Of a DNA stretch of 64,000 nucleotides, positions 21,943 to 32,993 are shown piece by piece. Location of the stretch: NCBI GenBank assembly GCA_965207445.1, contig CBDBLX010000002.1, positions 992,001 through 1,056,000 of the forward strand, in the 5' to 3' direction. Origin of the DNA: Nitrosopumilus sp. (GTDB lineage: Archaea > Thermoproteota > Nitrososphaeria > Nitrososphaerales > Nitrosopumilaceae). How positions within the stretch are numbered: position 1 is the stretch's first letter; the number at the start of each line of letters is the position of its first letter. The notes beneath the pieces are model-generated. The model saw only the letters and a list, made by a program, of their open reading frames with translations, made no database searches and was not told the DNA's origin. Both the position numbers and the translations under genes were made by a program.

Positions 21943-22859
21943 GTGTGAACCAACCTATTTTGGCATAATAACAAGATCATATATCTTTAAGATGTATCAT
22001 CAGACAGTGGGCCAATGGTTTTACACAACTCCTCCCAGACATTTAGTCCACGCAGCTTCCACGTCTCAACACAACTAAATATTACCCAGAGATTTTCTGC
22101 CCCCTTACCACTCTTTAACTGCAGATGACTGTTCCTCTGACCTATTACAGGTTTCATTGACTGTTCTCCAATATTTGTGGTAGAGTAGACAAATGGATAC
22201 AAAATAAATGTAAAAAGTTCGGGCGCTGTGTTTTCTAGTGTGGTGCCAAACTTTTTCATTATTTCATATCTGCTTTTTTTGTATCTAGATATTATACCAC
22301 ACAACCATTTTTGAAGTTTTGTAACATATGAACGCCTACTCTTTAAAGAGCGGTCGCCACGAGTCCATTTGCGCAACGCGATAAATTTTTTGTTCAACTC
22401 ATTGTACAGATTGGTAGCAGATTTAAGTTCACTACGATTTGAAATAGTTCTACTCTCCCGCACAATGTGTTGTGTGCAGCGCTGTTTTGTGTGATTTGGG
22501 AATACAGTATCATATCTGCGGTATTCATCTCGACTTATTGTACCAATACAGTTTTTGGCCTGTGCTATGAGATCTGTTGCACTACGATTCTGAGCGTGCA
22601 TGTACGCTATGGTGTCATCGTTTCTAACTGCCATTATCCATCTTTTGGGCTCGCCTTTGTATTCGGTCTCATCCATGATTACTGACTGTGATTTTTCTAA
22701 TTCTGCCATGAAACCGTATCTTATGGGTTTTAGCAGTATGGTTTGACGGTCGCATATATTACGAATTGCCGTATCAGAAACGTCTAGTTTGTACAGATTC
22801 TTTAAACCTTCTGAAATCATTTTAGGAGTCTTTCTGTGAGAGAGTTGATATGTTACATA
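21943..22859 (-). mobile_element. IS66-B, 5'-truncated copy 2 (transposase fragment 21987-22877)
   Basis: Starts with the same IR GTGTGAACCAACCT, closely matches 10376-11406, and lacks the 109-bp MITE. Confidence 0.9.
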
Positions 22860-22908
22860 CTGAGTGAGCGGAGCCATACTTTACATCTATTATATTATAA
22901 ATTGTAAT

Positions 22909-23730
22909 TTATTCTGCAGAAAGATCCCAATAATTTGCATCTTCTTGAACTTTGATATCCCTCAAAGTATCTGATTTCCATTCTCTAAAAGAGTTTGAAT
23001 ACATGCCAATATCAGTAAAACCTGCATGTTTGAGTGCATAATATACGAGTCCTGACAATGTACCTGCAGAACCACAATACGTGATGATTTGTATGGATTT
23101 GTCTGTTATAATATCTCGGTTCTTAAACAAGCGGTTTAATTCATCAGGAGTACGCAAAATTTTACCTTTTTCCATATCTCGGAACATGGTAGATGGCATG
23201 TTAATGGCGCCAGGTATATGACCTGAAAGAAAATTCAGTCGTGGGCGGGCATCTATTAAAATTGCACTGCCATCTTTGGATGCAGACTCTACATCGTCAA
23301 TCTTTGTAAGTGACTCTTTGTGTTTTTTTAATTTAAATTCAGTCGGTGGCAGTGTATGTGAGTTTGTTGTAGCCTTTACATCATTTTGATCTGACTTCCA
23401 TGCTTCAAAGTCTTGGTCAAGTAAGGTTGCATGTCCACCAACAGATTCAAGTGCCATTGCACCACGTGATGCAACTGCACCATTTATGCCATCATAAAAT
23501 ATACATAATGTGTCAGACGATATACCAGCGTCACCGAACACTTTACACAGTGCCATATCTGTATCTGCCTCTAGTATCTTTTGTAGTGGTAGATTTATCG
23601 ATTCAGGTATATGTTCTAAATTGTATTCACGTGTGGTACGTGTATCAATTATTACGTGGTTATGGTGTTGTGTTAATTCTCCAAAAGATATTACAACTTG
23701 TGTGATTTTTGATGTTTGTTGCTTTGACAC
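22909..23730 (-). CDS. Tandem-rhodanese sulfurtransferase
   Basis: Two rhodanese domains (IIDTR..EHIPESIN; LIDAR..GHIPGAIN) with active-site loop ITYCGSAG. Confidence 0.9.
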   Translation of the reverse strand: MSKQQTSKITQVVISFGELTQHHNHVIIDTRTTREYNLEHIPESINLPLQKILEADTDMALCKVFGDAGISSDTLCIFYDGINGAVASRGAMALESVGGHATLLDQDFEAWKSDQNDVKATTNSHTLPPTEFKLKKHKESLTKIDDVESASKDGSAILIDARPRLNFLSGHIPGAINMPSTMFRDMEKGKILRTPDELNRLFKNRDIITDKSIQIITYCGSAGTLSGLVYYALKHAGFTDIGMYSNSFREWKSDTLRDIKVQEDANYWDLSAE

Positions 23731-23961
23731 AGAGTAAAAATATTTAGTGTTTAATATAAAGGTGTGTGCTTAAATATTGATGCATGTAAAAATATATATT
23801 TTTATAAATACTCATAATTAATTTGATAATAATGTGCACATGTACATACTAGTTGCATTTTAATCATAATTAATCAGATATTAATTTCTTAATATTGTGT
23901 GATGTGACAGCAAAAATTATGTGCAAATGCCATCTAATACAAAAACACCATGTAACATTAT

Positions 23962-24303
23962 ATGTATGAAATACTCAACTATATCGTGGCATTTTTAATT
24001 GACAAAAAGATATTGTGCGGTGGCGTTGCAATGTTGGCAGTTGGGATTGCACTCTCTGCGTCGTTCACTGCATCTATGCCAATAGGGCAAGCAGGAATGA
24101 CTGAAGATGAAGCACTAGAGTTGATAATGGCTCAACAAGAACTAGAAGATTACAGTATACTTGCAGGTATATTGATTGCAATAGGATTCATGTTAATATT
24201 GATAAGTTTTGGTGCTAGAAGAAAGAAGAGTGGTGGTAATAAAAAAAGACAGAACACCACTGATCTTGGTTCTGAAGATGCAAATAATACATATCGCGCC
24301 TAA
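23962..24303 (+). CDS. Small two-TM membrane protein
   Basis: Two hydrophobic segments followed by a basic tail (FGARRKK). Confidence 0.65.
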   Translation: MYEILNYIVAFLIDKKILCGGVAMLAVGIALSASFTASMPIGQAGMTEDEALELIMAQQELEDYSILAGILIAIGFMLILISFGARRKKSGGNKKRQNTTDLGSEDANNTYRA

Positions 24304-24458
24304 ATTGTTGACTCAATACATGATTTATCGATGAGTTTTATTTTTAATGGTGTTTGGCTCTCTTGCAAACGCAGTTGATCGGTGTTTATGTGAACTTTTT
24401 ATCTGAATTTGGTGTTTGAGGCTGGGAAAGTGTAAGTTTTTAGTACTTTATTGCATGA

Positions 24459-24908
24459 CTATGATGATAGTTTGAAATAGAGATAGCTAGAGTTGGTATC
24501 AAAAAAAACAAGGTAATACGTAACTATTTGGACCTTGAAAAAGTTCATATTGATAAATAATTTCATGCCTAGGTAATGCCTAATAACCTCAATACGTGGC
24601 TCATACGTGGATGGAGTCCCGTCAATGTATGTGACCTCTGTTCTTGAGTCAAATTTGACAGTGGTATCGTTTAGATACGTAAGTGTGGCGGCGCTGTTTG
24701 GATATGTGATCTTGGTGTCTAGAAAACCTACATTAGAGTATGTCACCGTGGCGTCGTTGTATGTGATTGTCGTCACTTTGTTTTTCTGATATGCTACTTT
24801 ATCAAGAAATATCATGGTGCCTGCAAAACTTATTGTGTTGGTCGTCTGTCCGCTATATGCCTGATATGGGTTTCCCTGTACTGCATGTCCATCAGTTTGC
24901 GTGAGATT
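24459..24908 (-). pseudogene. Possible fragment of a beta-repeat surface-protein gene
   Basis: The frame is open from ~24908 with recurring (I/V/L)TY-x-(D/N) units. There is no clear start, and an AT-rich IR element lies immediately upstream. Confidence 0.35.
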
Positions 24909-25007
24909 AATTTAATTGAAAATAACAAATTACGACTACTGCAAATCCAATTAAATTGAGACTCTAACATACATACATACATACATGTGTAAATCATACC
25001 TCAGGCA

Positions 25008-25313
25008 ATGATACATGCAGATATCAGCATATATCCAATTGCCACAAAAACGACTAGTGTTAGTTTCTATATTGCAAAGGCCATAGAATCAATACAAAAT
25101 ATTGAAAAGATCAATTTCACTCTTCATTCAATGGGAACGACACTAGAGTCTAAAGATATGAGCTCTATATATGAGGCCATAACAAACATGACACAAACAG
25201 TTCATAATTTGGGAGTGTCTAGAGTATGTACAGTAATAAAGATAGATTCTAGGCTTGACAAAGATCACCCTGCACAACAAAAGATCGAATCTGTCAAAAA
25301 ACACATAATGTAA
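25008..25313 (+). CDS. MTH1187-family thiamine-binding protein
   Basis: Motifs ADISIYPI, HSMGTTLE and RVCTVIKIDSRLDK. Confidence 0.88.
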   Translation: MIHADISIYPIATKTTSVSFYIAKAIESIQNIEKINFTLHSMGTTLESKDMSSIYEAITNMTQTVHNLGVSRVCTVIKIDSRLDKDHPAQQKIESVKKHIM

Positions 25314-25469
25314 AAACCATAACATCTTCATTTATTTTTTGTTTATAATTTGATTTGATTATTTGCTTTACCAAACATACAACTCGTATGAATGCAACAT
25401 CAATGATTAAAGAATTCGTTAATTACATGTATATTTTTTGTATTGCATGTAATCAAAGCATTTTGTCCC

Positions 25470-26591
25470 TCACACTAACCTACGCAATGTCTTGAAATGC
25501 GTGTCTCTTTGTATTGGTATTCTATTAACTTCGTGCACCATATCTGCAAGCTCATCTATTGATGATGATGTTGGTTTACCTGCTGCACGATAAACCTCTT
25601 CTGAGAATGCAGTTCCTACTAGATCATTTCCTCCATTACACAATGCCACTTGTGCAAGCTTGCGACCATATGCGACCCAGTATACTGATATGTTATTGAG
25701 AAATCCTGCAAGCATTAATCTTGAGACTGCAATAACACGCAGATCATACAATGATGAGCATTCACTATTTACTTGGTTTTTTTGTTCTAGTTCTGTATTA
25801 TCTAGACTAAACTTTAATGGTATTAATGTCAAAAACCCGCCTGTCTCTTTTTGAAGATCTCGGATTTTGATCAGATGATCAATTATGTGCTTTGGTTGCT
25901 CTATATGTCCATACAACATGGTAACATTACTTTTAATTCCTAAATTGTGGGCTTTACGTATCACATCAATCCACTCTTGACCTGTGCATTTACCCCGCCC
26001 AATTTTGGGACGTATCTCTGGATGAAATAATTCTGCCCCGCCGCCTGGCATAGAGTCAAGACCTGCACTCTTTAATCTTGATAATATCTCAGAAACAGAG
26101 TTCTTTGTCAGCTTTGACAAATAAAATATCTCAGCTGCTGTAAGTGCTTTGATATTGAGATCTGGATGCTTTTCTTTTATGATTTGCATCATATCCTCGT
26201 AATATTCTAACTTCAAGTCTGGATGAAATCCTCCTACTATGTGTACTTCAGTTGCGCCCATCTCTTTTGCAACTCTGACTCGTTTTTCAATCTCAACTGG
26301 TGTTAGCGTATATGCATCTTCATCTCCCTTTTTACGATAAAATGCACACATTTGACAGCTAGCGGCACAGACGTTTGTATAGTTCATATAATATGATGCA
26401 ACAAATGACACTGTATCACCTACGTGGGTTTTTCTTGATGCATTGGCTGCAGCTCCTAGCACATGTATATTATCCATATTCATCAGTTCAAGTCCATCAC
26501 TATGAGTTAACTCTTCACCAGACATGGCGCGCTCTAATACTTCAGAGTGTCCTACAAGCTGCTCTAGCATGTTTGTGATGTTCTTGTACAT
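25470..26591 (-). CDS. CofH/MqnC/MqnE-family radical SAM protein, probably aminofutalosine synthase MqnE
   Basis: CAASCQMC cluster motif, EVHIVGG, SMPGGGAE and TMLYGHIE; mqnD is in the same window. Confidence 0.82.
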   Translation of the reverse strand: MYKNITNMLEQLVGHSEVLERAMSGEELTHSDGLELMNMDNIHVLGAAANASRKTHVGDTVSFVASYYMNYTNVCAASCQMCAFYRKKGDEDAYTLTPVEIEKRVRVAKEMGATEVHIVGGFHPDLKLEYYEDMMQIIKEKHPDLNIKALTAAEIFYLSKLTKNSVSEILSRLKSAGLDSMPGGGAELFHPEIRPKIGRGKCTGQEWIDVIRKAHNLGIKSNVTMLYGHIEQPKHIIDHLIKIRDLQKETGGFLTLIPLKFSLDNTELEQKNQVNSECSSLYDLRVIAVSRLMLAGFLNNISVYWVAYGRKLAQVALCNGGNDLVGTAFSEEVYRAAGKPTSSSIDELADMVHEVNRIPIQRDTHFKTLRRLV

Positions 26592-26873
26592 GATATATTC
26601 TTTGAGTAACTATGCGTGATTACTGAACACTCTACTCAAATCACACCTGAGCAAACTACTATCTAAAGCAGTTTTAATATCACAACCAAAACAAAAATCC
26701 ATGTACTTGGCACAAGATGTCTATACATAATCTGTGTACCTTTAGCAGTCTGCAAACAAAGTTTACTTTCAAATAGATTATTCAAGTGAACTAATATACA
26801 AGAATACTCAAATGGCTACGCCAACAAAGTGGTAATCATACTAGCCAGATGAATTAAGAGTTAATCTAAAATT

Positions 26874-29870
26874 ATGGGGCAAATATTGTTGTTTTGTATG
26901 ATTCATTATGCATCTTTGTTTTTTGTGTTCGCTATGGTTATTGTCTTGGCTCCGTCACTTGTGTATGCTGACACATTTGAAAATGCGGACTTTACAATCA
27001 AGCACCCTGATGGCTGGAGCGCAATAAAACCTGATCTCTGGAACTCTACACACAGTGTGACATTTGCACCTAGTAGTACAAAAACAACGACCACTGCAAC
27101 AATACTTGATACTTTCATAACAGTATCTCTTTATGATACATATTTTGCTGCAAATATGCCAGGTGACACACAAACTATAACAATTGAGCAGATAGATTTG
27201 GATGTGATAAATACGATCGCACATGATGCTGAACAAAGATGTCGAATGAACCTTGATGGACATTGTTGGGGATTTAAACTACTTGACTCAAAGATCATAA
27301 CTATATCTCATGAGCGAGCGGCACAAATTGATTTTAGTGCACATATGAATAATGCTGATGTATTGGTGCGAATTATTGTACTGCCATCTGATTCGGGAAT
27401 CTGGGTGGTAAAAGGTATGTCTGTTATCCATGATGATGACTTTGTTGTTGCGCAACCTGTAATAGATGCCACTTCTACATTTAACCTCATTAAATTTAAC
27501 ACTGTCACAAAACCCAACATATTGCAAAAACCTGTGCAATGGGAACCTGATGATCCGGATTTAGTATTGCAAAAGACAATACAAATCAACATGATAATGG
27601 TGGGTCAAAAATGGTCGCCACTTGATACGGCTCGCATACTAGAAGAGATGCCATCGTATCATGATCCTGTGTTTACAACTATTGGTGACAGGGTAGGTGT
27701 CAGGTACCACTATGACTATAACTTTGTCTCTGATGTGGATAATACTGAGGAAATATTGCGTATTATGGATGAGAATTCAAAAAAACATCCGATACTAGGT
27801 AGTGGAATTATTGAGGATTATATGTTCTGGCATGCTGCATGGCTTGAGCGTCATCCTCATTTACAAGACAAAAAGTATCGTCTAGTAGATGCTTTGGCAG
27901 TTGAAGAATATCTACAAGATGTCATAATAGGATCAAATCCAGATCTTGTTCTTGATGGCTCTTTTACTGCCAACTTTGTCTTTTTGAATATTGAACCTAC
28001 TGAAACTAAACACATACAAAATTATTACATATCAACCACTGATAGGGCTACAGACAAGAATGTAGATTATGTGGGATTGATGGGATTTGGTAGTAGTACT
28101 AGCAATACGTTCTTTTTTGATATGTGGGCTCTTCCATGGGAAGACCAAGTTCTAGATGATTTCTTTTATCTTCCGTCATATATGGAAAATCTACATGATT
28201 GTCACGAGCCAAACTGTATTGCAAAGATAGTATCTACTCACACTGATTCTGCCATATACCATATACTGACACCGTCATTTTTGTATCCTGTTGAGTTTTT
28301 TGACAGTTACTTTTTGGATGTGTTATTGTATTTGACACCTGGTGGTAGGATTACAGTCACACACTCTGTTCTGGATGATTTTATGAATCAAGATGAATTA
28401 GTACGTGAGATGGAGTATCTGTATCCATTTGCAAAATGGGATATTAGTTTGTCAGTTGAACGCAAGGATTTGCGCGGAATGTCCTATGAGTTTAAGACAC
28501 AGTTTGAGAACCTCAAACGTGAGCGAATTGTATACGGTGACCAAACTATAGTAAATGCATATCTCAACTCTAGTAAGATAACGCCATACTTGATCGAGTG
28601 GGCTCAGCAGCGACAACACGATAGATTGTCTGTTGTATCAAATGACACTTGGACTGTACCTATGCTCATTGTTGTGGATAATACAGATGCTGAAGTATTA
28701 TTGGATAATGGGGCGATAGGTATTGCATCGGGTATGCCTGATGATGAGTCTCTGCCGTGTTGTGCACTTGCAGTGACGGATGCAACTGATGTTTGGGAGA
28801 ATAGAATAGGACTTGATAATCTTATGTTGCATGAACTAGGTCATGTTATGGGACTACACCATCCATTTTTATCATTCAAATATAGTGAGCCTACGCCGAA
28901 CTTTTACTTTAATTGGTATTCGAGTCCTATGACGTACTCTTTTCCAGATGGCTGGATTGCATGTGGATTGTTGTATTATTGGTTTTACGCAAGCCCATGC
29001 GGCAATGCTGCTGCATCCTTTACTGTGTTTGAGCGAGAGCGACTCAGCGATGTTCGAGTCGTATCTTTGTTGCAAAAGATAGGTGTAGAGTCCGAGGATT
29101 TATCAGAGGATGTCGCTGCGGTGATTCAATCCAACGTCACTGAGATAAAAAAGACATTTGCATCTGGTGATACACTATCGGAGACAGGGGCGTTACACAC
29201 TGCACTTGAGTTGTATGATGCTGTCAAGTATGCCGTGATCAGTGGCAACACTACTGCTATTATTACTACTGCTGTTGATGTTGATGATAATGATGATGTT
29301 ATGGTTGATGATGTTATGGTTGATGATGTGTTGCCTGATATGGCAGTTGAAATAGAATCGGGTGTTTTTGCGCATGATGGTGATGATGGAGATGCATTGA
29401 TGACAAATGAAACATCAAAAGACAATAGCACTTTTAGTGATGTGCCTGTAGGCTCTAAAACACCATTACTTGATGATCATAATAATGATGTGTCCTCAGA
29501 TGATGCAACTAGTATAGATGATATGATTAATTCTACTGATAATAACTCTACAACTAGCAATCTCATTACAGATACCCCTACACATACACCTAAACAAGAT
29601 GTTATTCCTGCATGGGTCAAGAACAGTGCTGGGTGGTGGGCAGATGGACTAATAGATGACTTGGAGTTTATCTCAAGTATAGAGTATATGATAGAACACG
29701 ATATCATAATTGTAGATGTCTCTAATGCTGTACGAACTGATGATGCGCAACAGAAACTTCCTGCATGGGTCAAGAACAGTGCTGGGTGGTGGGCAGATGG
29801 ATTGCTTGCGGATAATGAATTTGTTGAAAGTATAAAATATATGATCTCTGTAGGTATAATTCAAGTGTAA
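26874..29870 (+). CDS. Secreted/surface metzincin-like metalloprotease with an acidic linker and two C-terminal 'PAWVKNSAGWWADG' repeats
   Basis: Signal peptide (...PSLVYA/DT), PsbP-like N-terminus (FTIKHPDGW), HELGHVMGLHH (HEXXHXXGXXH), Met-turn-like SSPMTY and an Asp-rich linker. Confidence 0.85.
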   Translation: MGQILLFCMIHYASLFFVFAMVIVLAPSLVYADTFENADFTIKHPDGWSAIKPDLWNSTHSVTFAPSSTKTTTTATILDTFITVSLYDTYFAANMPGDTQTITIEQIDLDVINTIAHDAEQRCRMNLDGHCWGFKLLDSKIITISHERAAQIDFSAHMNNADVLVRIIVLPSDSGIWVVKGMSVIHDDDFVVAQPVIDATSTFNLIKFNTVTKPNILQKPVQWEPDDPDLVLQKTIQINMIMVGQKWSPLDTARILEEMPSYHDPVFTTIGDRVGVRYHYDYNFVSDVDNTEEILRIMDENSKKHPILGSGIIEDYMFWHAAWLERHPHLQDKKYRLVDALAVEEYLQDVIIGSNPDLVLDGSFTANFVFLNIEPTETKHIQNYYISTTDRATDKNVDYVGLMGFGSSTSNTFFFDMWALPWEDQVLDDFFYLPSYMENLHDCHEPNCIAKIVSTHTDSAIYHILTPSFLYPVEFFDSYFLDVLLYLTPGGRITVTHSVLDDFMNQDELVREMEYLYPFAKWDISLSVERKDLRGMSYEFKTQFENLKRERIVYGDQTIVNAYLNSSKITPYLIEWAQQRQHDRLSVVSNDTWTVPMLIVVDNTDAEVLLDNGAIGIASGMPDDESLPCCALAVTDATDVWENRIGLDNLMLHELGHVMGLHHPFLSFKYSEPTPNFYFNWYSSPMTYSFPDGWIACGLLYYWFYASPCGNAAASFTVFERERLSDVRVVSLLQKIGVESEDLSEDVAAVIQSNVTEIKKTFASGDTLSETGALHTALELYDAVKYAVISGNTTAIITTAVDVDDNDDVMVDDVMVDDVLPDMAVEIESGVFAHDGDDGDALMTNETSKDNSTFSDVPVGSKTPLLDDHNNDVSSDDATSIDDMINSTDNNSTTSNLITDTPTHTPKQDVIPAWVKNSAGWWADGLIDDLEFISSIEYMIEHDIIIVDVSNAVRTDDAQQKLPAWVKNSAGWWADGLLADNEFVESIKYMISVGIIQV

Positions 29871-30082
29871 ATGTTACTATTGTTACTGCTGCTGTTATTG
29901 TTGTTGTTGTCACTAACGTGTATATTATTATGTATAATACCTATATGTATATTCATCCAATTAAAGTCACTAGTATAAAATATGATTACCTTGTAATTTG
30001 AATGTGATGTATTGGTGATAATAAGTGGTGGTTAAAACTATGATTCAAAAGTTTTTGGTCTTTTATTTATTGTTCTTGATCT

Positions 30083-31756
30083 GAGGTTGGTGCGTAATTG
30101 ACATTTGGCCTGCCTGTGACCCGTCTGTGAACTTGGTTTATTGCACATTCAATCTACAAAAGACTGGAATCTATCTATAGTGCGTTTCGTTTTTGAATAT
30201 GCATGTGTGTTTTGGCAGACATGGATTATAGAATATGAAACGTGCAAGTGTGATAGCAGTCACTATCATTGGTATGATGGAATTTTTTGCCCTTTTTCAT
30301 GAGCGCAGATAAATCTGTTCAGGACGTTGATATTCCATGCAATTGATAGTATTTTACCAAATCGCTTTCTGTTTTTGGCCAGACGCATACGACAGTGCAG
30401 CCTGTGATTCTTTGTCTCTTCTGCTCCAAATATTGCCTCGATAAGTGCGCGTTGTTTGTATGCATCTTGGTCAAAGATCTCTGCTGCCTTTTTTCTGCTT
30501 GGTTTGCCACGGTTTGTATGACCTGCGCCATCTGTGTGATTGCGTTGCTTTATGTTTGGTTTCATGTTTGCATTGAATATTGTCTCGCAATTTTGATCCG
30601 AGTCGTATCCCTTGTCTCCGTTGAATAAGCGTTCTTCAATCTGTGTATAGTTTTTTGTGAGAAAGCTGACCATATATGGAAGCATTGACGTGTCACTCAC
30701 ATTGCTTGGAGTTGTGTATGATGCAAGTATGATCTGGTGTCCTGTTATCGCAGTAATGTGATATTTTAGGTACATCTTGATGCGTGTAGGCTCAAAGTCT
30801 TGTAGTACATGATTAGGTCTTTCTTGTTTTTCGTACCTGTCAGTCTCTACCCCACTACTGTCTATCCCAATTGGAGCTGTAGGTTCTTGTTTTACGTCTT
30901 GTTTACCGCTCTCAAAATCCTCGGATCCGTGCGTAAGTATGGTCTCTTTACCTTTTATCGGTACCGGATCTGTCCCCGATTTTTTAAGTTCAGTTAGACA
31001 CATATTGGCAGTATATGCCAAAATAGAATCAAGCCAGTCGAGATCAATTGTTTGCATATGTTTGGTTACCCAACTATAATCAGGCTTCGGCTCGTCAACC
31101 CATTCATCATGCATATGTCCAAGCTCATTTACCACGTCACGAAAAGGAATATTTTTTGCAACTTTTAAAAGACACAAAAAATCCATCTTGTCACGAGAAT
31201 GTACCGGCTTGCATCCTCTATTTGTTTTCTTTTCCTTGCACGGATGTGGGTTTTTTCGTATCGCCGACAGCAAGGTCTTGCGCATAAAATCCGGCTCAGA
31301 TTTGCGTGCCTGTTCGTAATACTGCCAATAACCTTCGCGTCGCTTGTGCTGCTCTGTCACTATACGGTCTGCCTCCATAATCTGTTCTTATTTGAGACCC
31401 GCCCACTAAATTTACACAAACAACAAGCAGGCGCCACATTCATCACAAACCATGCATTGTAATGGGCGACATTCTGTGTAGTATAGCATGTTGTGGTAAC
31501 CCACCATATGTCGTCGTTCCACCACACTTCACAAACGATACGTTGATAACATTGGCTAGTCAACGTTGTTTAGCATCCCCTTTGTTATTATCACAATTAT
31601 TCAATTGGGATGCCCCTATAAGTAACTTTTGGTATGCGCGCATATACTTTTATATATGAGCTTATTAAATATATATACATAAAACTCTGGCGATATTTGC
31701 AGATGGCTTTGCAAGTACGATGCAGGTGGCGATTTGATGAATTACGCACCAACCAC
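30083..31756 (-). mobile_element. IS4/IS5-superfamily insertion sequence, copy 2 (1,674 bp)
   Basis: Same ends and length as copy 1, with its own 9-bp TSD TCTTGATCT (30074-30082 / 31757-31765). Confidence 0.95.
30266..31378 (-). CDS. DDE transposase, identical to 2807-3919
   Basis: Identical 370-aa translation. Confidence 0.9.
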   Translation of the reverse strand: MEADRIVTEQHKRREGYWQYYEQARKSEPDFMRKTLLSAIRKNPHPCKEKKTNRGCKPVHSRDKMDFLCLLKVAKNIPFRDVVNELGHMHDEWVDEPKPDYSWVTKHMQTIDLDWLDSILAYTANMCLTELKKSGTDPVPIKGKETILTHGSEDFESGKQDVKQEPTAPIGIDSSGVETDRYEKQERPNHVLQDFEPTRIKMYLKYHITAITGHQIILASYTTPSNVSDTSMLPYMVSFLTKNYTQIEERLFNGDKGYDSDQNCETIFNANMKPNIKQRNHTDGAGHTNRGKPSRKKAAEIFDQDAYKQRALIEAIFGAEETKNHRLHCRMRLAKNRKRFGKILSIAWNINVLNRFICAHEKGQKIPSYQ

Positions 31757-31891
31757 TCTTGATCTATCGATGTTTGTATATGGAATTTTCGATTCTTTAT
31801 TTGAAACACTATGGGTATGTATTGATTGAATACTATCTATCACATAACTAGTTACTAAAAAGATAATTGGCCCCATGTACTATGTATTGTA

Positions 31892-32065
31892 ATGGTTCTT
31901 CCACTTGTAGATGAAGACAAGCCTAAATGTTATCTTTGTTATGCCATATTTGATGACATTGAAGGCCTCAGAGAACATCAACGCACAGTGCACAAAGAGA
32001 TCTTTGACTTTGTTGAAAAGATACCTCCTCGAGAACCTGCCCCTGGTGATGTGACTGTGTTTTAA
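31892..32065 (+). CDS. 57-aa C2H2 zinc-finger protein (not in the ORF track)
   Basis: Hand translation MVLPLVDEDKPKCYLCYAIFDDIEGLREHQRTVHKEIFDFVEKIPPREPAPGDVTVF* has C-x2-C-x12-H-x4-H with the canonical F and L. Confidence 0.8.
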   Translation: MVLPLVDEDKPKCYLCYAIFDDIEGLREHQRTVHKEIFDFVEKIPPREPAPGDVTVF

Positions 32066-32276
32066 CACTGATGGGTATATTGTATTACACATCATGAAAA
32101 ATCATATGTGGCGAGTTATATAAATAATCATATTTATTTATATATATTTTAAAAAAGTTATTACACTATGATTTTTTAGATTTTTGGCGTAATCACTAAT
32201 TTCACATTTAGATAAATTGGTCATTTATGTTGTCCTAACGGTTAAAGGATATATGTAAGAGGCAAAAATACTAGAC

Positions 32277-32651
32277 ATGTCTACTGATAAAATATACGAT
32301 TATTCATTGATGTGTAAGTCCATTATGGATATTGACCCTCAGATACGTTTTGTAGGTGTGATAAATGAACGTGGCCGACTAGTTGCAGGAGGTATGCGTG
32401 AAAACGTAGAACCACTTGAGAATGAAAAAGATGATGAGATGATGTTTATGGAACTTGCCTTGCGTGTTAAGATGCGTCGCGACTTTGATTCTCAGTTTGG
32501 TGTGGTAAAGTTTGCGCTTGCATTAAGAGAACGAATACTTGCAATCAGCATATTACTAAATGAAGATATTTTGTATGTGGTTGCAGAGCCCGAAGCAGAT
32601 TATGGAATTCTTCCAAAAAAAATTCTAGAAATTATTGATGCACAACATTAA
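32277..32651 (+). CDS. Thaumarchaeal roadblock/profilin-fold-like protein (DUF6659-like)
   Basis: IRFVGVINERGRLVAGG...ELALRVKMRRDFD pattern. Confidence 0.8.
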   Translation: MSTDKIYDYSLMCKSIMDIDPQIRFVGVINERGRLVAGGMRENVEPLENEKDDEMMFMELALRVKMRRDFDSQFGVVKFALALRERILAISILLNEDILYVVAEPEADYGILPKKILEIIDAQH

Positions 32652-32993
32652 CACAATGTGTGTTCTATTGTGACATGTGCAACTGAGATCATTTTAATCA
32701 TTACTTTAACAAATGATCTTACTTTTACATTGTACTGATCATTTTTATACTATGCATTGTTCGTACGTGAGATGTCATTATTTAAAAAGCAAAAATTAGA
32801 TGCACTCGAATCCGTCATAATAAACTGATTTATGCCTTGACTGTGTGTTTTTAATATATTCATTAATAATTATTAGTTTTTATCTGTGGTTTGTCTGTGT
32901 TGATTATTTGTGATATCAAAAAATGTAAGGTATAAAATTGATCATATGTATACAAAATATATAAAAAGTATTTTTAATATCAGTATATTACTA

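Noticed and set aside
2624..31756. A 29-kb composite transposon bounded by the two identical IS copies
   Set aside because: Each copy has its own distinct TSD, indicating independent insertions, and the interval contains core genes such as fusA.
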